Positions 59,797 to 64,000 of a DNA stretch of 64,000 nucleotides are shown here, in pieces. The stretch's first letter is position 1. Every line of letters begins with the position of its first letter. Origin of the DNA: a virus. A model generated the notes under the pieces. The model saw only the letters and a list, made by a program, of their open reading frames with translations, ran no database searches and was not told the DNA's origin. The translations under genes and the position numbers were made by a program. The stretch covers positions 1-64,000 of the IMG/VR virus record IMGVR_UViG_3300047160_007578. The stretch is one strand, 5' to 3'.

Positions 59797-60078
59797 TTAA
59801 CTGAACTTCTTACCGAAGACTCGTTGCGCTCGGTCCTTTGTCATGACTCCCGGCCCGCTGCGGACAGTCGCGAAGAGTTCTTCAAGCGGCTGGCCATAAT
59901 ATTGGTACGAGTCGAGCAACGCCTCAGCGCCGGCTCGGTTCTCGTCTTTGGGAAAGAAGCCGACTTCGCTCAGGTCGTACTTCTTCATGAACTCGACCAC
60001 TTGGTCCAAATCAGCATTACTTATCATATCACCTACTTTCTGCTCCATTGGAGCGTTTTGATTAAAGATCACCGACAA
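59797..60078 (-). CDS. Hypothetical protein
   Basis: ORF in operon; likely start at MISNAD. Confidence 0.55.
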   Translation of the reverse strand: MSVIFNQNAPMEQKVGDMISNADLDQVVEFMKKYDLSEVGFFPKDENRAGAEALLDSYQYYGQPLEELFATVRSGPGVMTKDRAQRVFGKKFS

Positions 60079-60093
60079 TGTGGTTCTCGTTTG

Positions 60094-60342
60094 TTACTTG
60101 GTTACGAATTCGATCTGCTCCATCGGAACGAATCCGCCGAACGGTCGCGTATGCACGGCAAAGCCACGCCCACCATAGGTGGTATCCTGGGCACTGCCGA
60201 TGATGTTGTCGTTGTCGTCCAGAACGAAACCATAGCGGCGTCCTGGTCCGTTGTCCTGAGTCAATCTGACCCGAAATTTCCCTCCCAAAATTGAGTGCCA
60301 GACAGCAGTGACGCTGTCAGTGTCAGCTTTAATCGTTGCCAT
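60094..60342 (-). CDS. Hypothetical protein
   Basis: GAGG RBS. Confidence 0.65.
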   Translation of the reverse strand: MATIKADTDSVTAVWHSILGGKFRVRLTQDNGPGRRYGFVLDDNDNIIGSAQDTTYGGRGFAVHTRPFGGFVPMEQIEFVTK

Positions 60343-60361
60343 TGTTACCTCACTCGGGTTT

Positions 60362-60421
60362 TGTTTCTCACCAAAATTCTGGATTCACCCGCTCGTCTGG
60401 TTCTCACCACTCTTTTGGATC
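60362..60421 (-). repeat. TIGR-like mini-array 4 (~2 units)
   Basis: TGTTTCTCAC-n8-TGGATTCAC-n9-TGGTTCTCAC-n8-TGGAT. Confidence 0.7.
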
Positions 60422-60430
60422 ATTGATCAA

Positions 60431-60736
60431 TCACTCCGGGCGTTCTTGGCGAGTCGGGATCGGCAGCTGCGCCGCCATGATCGTGAACTCGAACGGGCAG
60501 CCGAACATGTAAATCTTGAACCGCGTTTCCTCCGGCCAGCGATGACGCCACGGCAGGAAATCCTGAGCTTGCTGCGTGCCAGGCGGAGGAAATTCCACAT
60601 CCGGAACGATCAGAAGCGTATCGGTTGCAGTGAGATACACGCCAGGACCGTTGAACTTGAAATCGTTACCCAGGTAGGTTTCGATTTGTTTGCCGGTTCC
60701 TGAGTGTGTCCAGTCAGGCATTACTTGGTACGGCAT
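60431..60736 (-). CDS. Hypothetical protein
   Basis: Coupled ORF. Confidence 0.6.
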   Translation of the reverse strand: MPYQVMPDWTHSGTGKQIETYLGNDFKFNGPGVYLTATDTLLIVPDVEFPPPGTQQAQDFLPWRHRWPEETRFKIYMFGCPFEFTIMAAQLPIPTRQERPE

Positions 60737-61002
60737 TATCCACCTTTCGGATAAGAGGGGTGTTTCTCGCGTCCGCGAGTATATCCGTCGCAGAACGCCC
60801 GCAGACGGAGAACAGTGTTTTCGTCGAGTTGGCCCCGCTTTTCAAGATCGTAGTGAAAATCGAGAAAAATATGGCCAGCATCCTTGCGATTAATAGTCAC
60901 ATCCACATCATAGAGGTCAGCAAGTTCCTCTTGTAGCTCTTTTGCCAGCATGGGCAAATGAATGTGGACACTGTAGATTGTTTGCGACACTATCATGATC
61001 AC
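60736..61002 (-). CDS. Hypothetical protein
   Basis: Coupled ORF with RBS. Confidence 0.6.
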   Translation of the reverse strand: MIMIVSQTIYSVHIHLPMLAKELQEELADLYDVDVTINRKDAGHIFLDFHYDLEKRGQLDENTVLRLRAFCDGYTRGREKHPSYPKGG

Positions 61003-61060
61003 CTATCCTTTCCGGCCAATAACGGCCACTGCGATTAATAATCACCACTCGGGGTGGGAT

Positions 61061-61567
61061 TTACCACTCGGGGTGGAACTCATTCCAGTCGACGCTCTTG
61101 TTGACGGTCTGGCCGAGGTTGGCACAGAACACTTCAATCGGGTCTTCGGCATCGAGCACGACGACGAACTTCATGTCGCCGCCGATGATGACTTCGTAAT
61201 ATTTCGGATTTTCGATTTCCACGACGATTCCACCTTTCCTGTTTTCGTTGCTGGCGAAAGTCTGTTCTGCACAGTAGAACTCGATCAGCCGCTTCACGAA
61301 CGCGCAGTTGTCCGCTTTCGCTGCGGCGTTGATCGCGGTGCATCCTTGCAGGTACGACAGTGCTTCCCTCACGCCGTACAGGTTGACATCTTGCCAGAAC
61401 TGAATGGCATACGCCTGATCATCCAGACAGGCGTCAACAGCCATTTCCAGTCGGCGGACCCGGCAACCTTGATCGCCGCGGTCCATTTCCTCCAGAATCC
61501 GCTGAGTCAATCGTTGCTTTGCCATGATTTCTCTCTTCTGTATTACATGTCCAAATGTGAAGATCAT
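61061..61567 (-). CDS. Hypothetical protein
   Basis: Likely start at MAKQRL. Confidence 0.6.
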   Translation of the reverse strand: MIFTFGHVIQKREIMAKQRLTQRILEEMDRGDQGCRVRRLEMAVDACLDDQAYAIQFWQDVNLYGVREALSYLQGCTAINAAAKADNCAFVKRLIEFYCAEQTFASNENRKGGIVVEIENPKYYEVIIGGDMKFVVVLDAEDPIEVFCANLGQTVNKSVDWNEFHPEW

Positions 61568-61570
61568 TAA

Positions 61571-61780
61571 TCATTCCTTGAGTTGAATCGTTTCGTCCAG
61601 GTCCAATGCAGGTTGCACCACGCGAACCTGAAAGCACAGACCAGGATATTCTTTCCGGAACAGTTCGATAGCCCGCTCTTTGGTGGCACAAACGTATCGT
61701 CCCCATTTCGAGCCGCCGCAACCACTTGTTGTGCCCACGTCGTAGACCCAATTCGCGGATACTATGAACTCGTATTGCAT
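61571..61780 (-). CDS. Hypothetical protein
   Basis: AAGGA RBS. Confidence 0.6.
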   Translation of the reverse strand: MQYEFIVSANWVYDVGTTSGCGGSKWGRYVCATKERAIELFRKEYPGLCFQVRVVQPALDLDETIQLKE

Positions 61781-61804
61781 CGTATCATTCCTTTCGATTA
61801 AAAA

Positions 61805-62242
61805 TCAGTACGGGCGTTTCATCTTGATCCCGAGCTTTTCTCGTATCGCTACGATACTCAGTTCTTGTTTCTGTTCCTCAGTCAGCGTCAGGTACTTGGG
61901 CGCGCACTCGTCGCAGATCGCGTTGTTGAATCCTTTCGACTTCGGCTCCGTCAGGATCACACCCTTGCAGAGCACGCACTCTGTCCAGTGGATGTTCGCG
62001 ATGCCGGGTTCCTTTTCCCAGCCATCGGAAATACTGCCTGTCCGACGGAAGTGTTGTACTGCGAGACGCCGATAATGCTCCAGCAGCACCTTCCGCGACA
62101 TTCGCTTCGGCGACACTGGAAAACGATACACTGTAGAGCGGTGATCCTTTTCCACGCCGAAAGCGAGTTTCACGGCCGCATGTTCGGTCGGTGCTTGCTC
62201 GCATCGTATCGCGTTGCCATAAGCTACTGCGAAGTAGGCCAT
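61805..62242 (-). CDS. Zinc-finger-containing hypothetical protein
   Basis: CVLC...CDEC. Confidence 0.65.
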   Translation of the reverse strand: MAYFAVAYGNAIRCEQAPTEHAAVKLAFGVEKDHRSTVYRFPVSPKRMSRKVLLEHYRRLAVQHFRRTGSISDGWEKEPGIANIHWTECVLCKGVILTEPKSKGFNNAICDECAPKYLTLTEEQKQELSIVAIREKLGIKMKRPY

Positions 62243-62243
62243 T

Positions 62244-62441
62244 TTAACCCTCGATTGAGAATTTTCCGCTCAGAGCCTTGTTCAGACCCTCTTGCGGAGT
62301 AAGGATACCGTGGACGACTTGCTTGTAAAGCTTTTCGTCCCCGAACTTCTTCACCCACTTGATCGTTGTGCGGCACGTCTCGCAGCAGTGAGCACCAGGC
62401 TCTTCGCAAACCGCACGATTGCAACCGTAGCACAGTTCCAT
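62244..62441 (-). CDS. Small Cys-rich protein
   Basis: CYGC...CCETC. Confidence 0.6.
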   Translation of the reverse strand: MELCYGCNRAVCEEPGAHCCETCRTTIKWVKKFGDEKLYKQVVHGILTPQEGLNKALSGKFSIEG

Positions 62442-62463
62442 GAATCGTCCTTTCGATTAAAAA

Positions 62464-62667
62464 TCAGTTTCCCAGGCACGCGAGAACCAGGTCCATCGGA
62501 CTGCCAGCCGGCCAGATGATCCGGTTATTAGCCGGAATCCTGACGGCGGGGTAGCTCTTGCCTTCGTAGCAGTAGCTAACCGACTTGTTACCGTTGGCGT
62601 CCTCACAGGGCACCACGGTCGTGCAGCCGCGATTTTCCAACCACAGCTTCATCGTAATGTAGTCCAC
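62464..62667 (-). CDS. Hypothetical protein
   Basis: First gene after the 62794-62822 promoter. Confidence 0.55.
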   Translation of the reverse strand: MDYITMKLWLENRGCTTVVPCEDANGNKSVSYCYEGKSYPAVRIPANNRIIWPAGSPMDLVLACLGN

Positions 62668-62793
62668 GAATCACCACCTTTCATTGTTTGATCATTAATC
62701 ATTTCCGAGTCACGATACTCAAATCTGATCAATAATCGCAGGCCAAATTAATCAAATCTTTCCGGCGGACCGCGCGCAGCGCTCCGCTATTAA

Positions 62794-62822
62794 AGTATAC
62801 CATATTATTTTGCCTATGTCAA
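62794..62822 (-). promoter_or_regulatory. Near-consensus sigma70 promoter
   Basis: TTGACA-17-TATACT. Confidence 0.88.
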
Positions 62823-62874
62823 GAGGAATTTTTTGACCTATCGAAAAGATTTGATTAATCTCGCTCTCTCCTTA

Positions 62875-63084
62875 TGGTTCTCACAAAACCATTGGCTGAT
62901 TAATAATCGCGAGTCGCTTGGTTCACACTCGTATAATGGATACGCTACGAGTTTGGTTCTCACGCTGTCCAAGGATACACCTTCGGTCTGGTTCTCACCG
63001 ATCAGATGGTTGCACCGCCCAATGGTTCTCACCATCTTTTTGGCTACACCTTCCAGTTGGTTCTCACAGCCACGACGGTTAAGC
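62875..63084 (-). repeat. TIGR-like dual-repeat array 5 (~6 units)
   Basis: TGGTTCACAC-n8-TGGATACGC-n8-TGGTTCTCAC-n8-AGGATACAC-n8-TGGTTCTCAC-n8-TGGTTGCAC. Confidence 0.9.
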
Positions 63085-63329
63085 CAAGTCACTGCAATGT
63101 GGACAAAGTGATCGCGGAGTCGCGTTGTCCGGATTAGAGCAGTTCGGGTGATGAAAAGAAGTCCAGTATTTGACCGTGTGATCTTCACCTTTCTGCCGAA
63201 TCAATTCTTGCGCGTAGTGATTGGCACCGGCCGCACTTTTCATCTGAGCGACGATTCGGCCGTTTTTATGCAGTACCTTCCACGGACGAGCGGGATCAAT
63301 CAGCATTATTGGTCCTTTCACGTACTCAT

Positions 63330-63380
63330 TGGTTCGCACCAGGACATTGGATACAAGAGCTATGGTTCTCACCATCCACC
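63330..63380 (-). repeat. TIGR-like mini-array 6 (~1.5-2 units)
   Basis: TGGTTCGCAC-n8-TGGATACAA-n6-TGGTTCTCAC. Confidence 0.65.
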
Positions 63381-63404
63381 TGATTAATAATCACACTCGT
63401 TGGA

Positions 63405-63872
63405 CTAAGCATGTGGTTTGATGGGCGAAGCCATCTTTTCGTAGACCTTCGGCATTCCGAGGTTGGCGTGTTCGTCCTTGTGAACGAGACTGACCACCTT
63501 GAAGTGCGCCAGCTTGTTGAGTTCGTGGTTGTCGAACATGTGGTCGTAGGTCGGGTTCATGATCGTGGCCATCATCCGCTTGCATTTTTGGCCGGGCTTG
63601 GCCGGATGCGGACCACCACTATCGCGAAAGGCGCTCGCGATACAGTGATGGATCGGATTGGTTGTGCAAAATGCGATTTCGCACAACAACCAATCGTGCC
63701 ATTGGAATTCGATTCCTTCCGACACATACATATGCGGCAGGCCAGATTCCTTGTAGACTTTGATGACCTCGAAAACTGAGATACTCACCAGACCCTCCTT
63801 TCGATTAAAGATCACACGACCTTTTTTGGTTCCCGCTGGATCAATGGTTACACCGTGGACCTTGGTTCTCAC
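63405..63872 (-). CDS. Hypothetical protein (true start probably near 63790)
   Basis: AAGGAGG RBS at ~63795; the upstream extension overlaps mini-array 7. Confidence 0.55.
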   Translation of the reverse strand: MRTKVHGVTIDPAGTKKGRVIFNRKEGLVSISVFEVIKVYKESGLPHMYVSEGIEFQWHDWLLCEIAFCTTNPIHHCIASAFRDSGGPHPAKPGQKCKRMMATIMNPTYDHMFDNHELNKLAHFKVVSLVHKDEHANLGMPKVYEKMASPIKPHA

Positions 63873-63889
63873 TTGCCACAGGGTTACTC
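63827..63889 (-). repeat. TIGR-like mini-array 7 (2 units)
   Basis: TGGTTCCCGC-n8-TGGTTACAC-n9-TGGTTCTCAC-n8-GGGTTACTC. Confidence 0.8.
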
Positions 63890-64000
63890 TGATTCGTAGC
63901 CCTAGTATTTGCGCAACGGAGTGTTGGGAAGGGACAAGTCTCTGCGGTAGATCGGCTTGATGCCGCAGCCATGCGCAGACCAGTGAACGGTCCAGGGAAT

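Noticed and set aside
55680-63889. CRISPR array
   Set aside because: Repeats are 9-10 nt and alternate between two types, spacers are about 8-9 nt, and no cas genes are present

Overview
The window looks like part of a large tailed dsDNA phage genome. No host housekeeping genes are visible; exported low-complexity and CxxCH proteins weakly suggest a Planctomycetota-like host. (1) 1-14.1 kb, minus strand: virion and packaging genes, including two paralogous fibre-like proteins, a portal, a lambda-GpA-type terminase, a probable small terminase and a delta-60 propeller protein. (2) 14.2-26.5 kb: a GC-rich array of small promoter-bearing gene modules separated by 14 copies of a symmetric ~100-bp palindromic element. 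(3) 26.5-32.8 kb, plus strand: three tandem promoters, then a ~0.7-0.9 kb highly structured non-coding RNA/leader. Its 3' part is complementary to a box repeated in front of every gene after the first, and to several of their RBSs. The first gene encodes a ParB-like protein and the last a P-loop ATPase. (4) 33-64 kb, minus strand: many small genes, two DNA methyltransferases, dUTPase and an ATP-dependent ligase. This arm also carries a nuclease-less Nop-domain (IS110/TasA-like) gene with seven dispersed dual-repeat 35-nt-unit arrays, i.e. a TIGR-Tas-like RNA-guided system. A 13-bp palindrome NGATY-WWW-RATCN occurs about 100 times (eye count) across the whole window. All protein calls come from motif recognition by eye; no database search was run.
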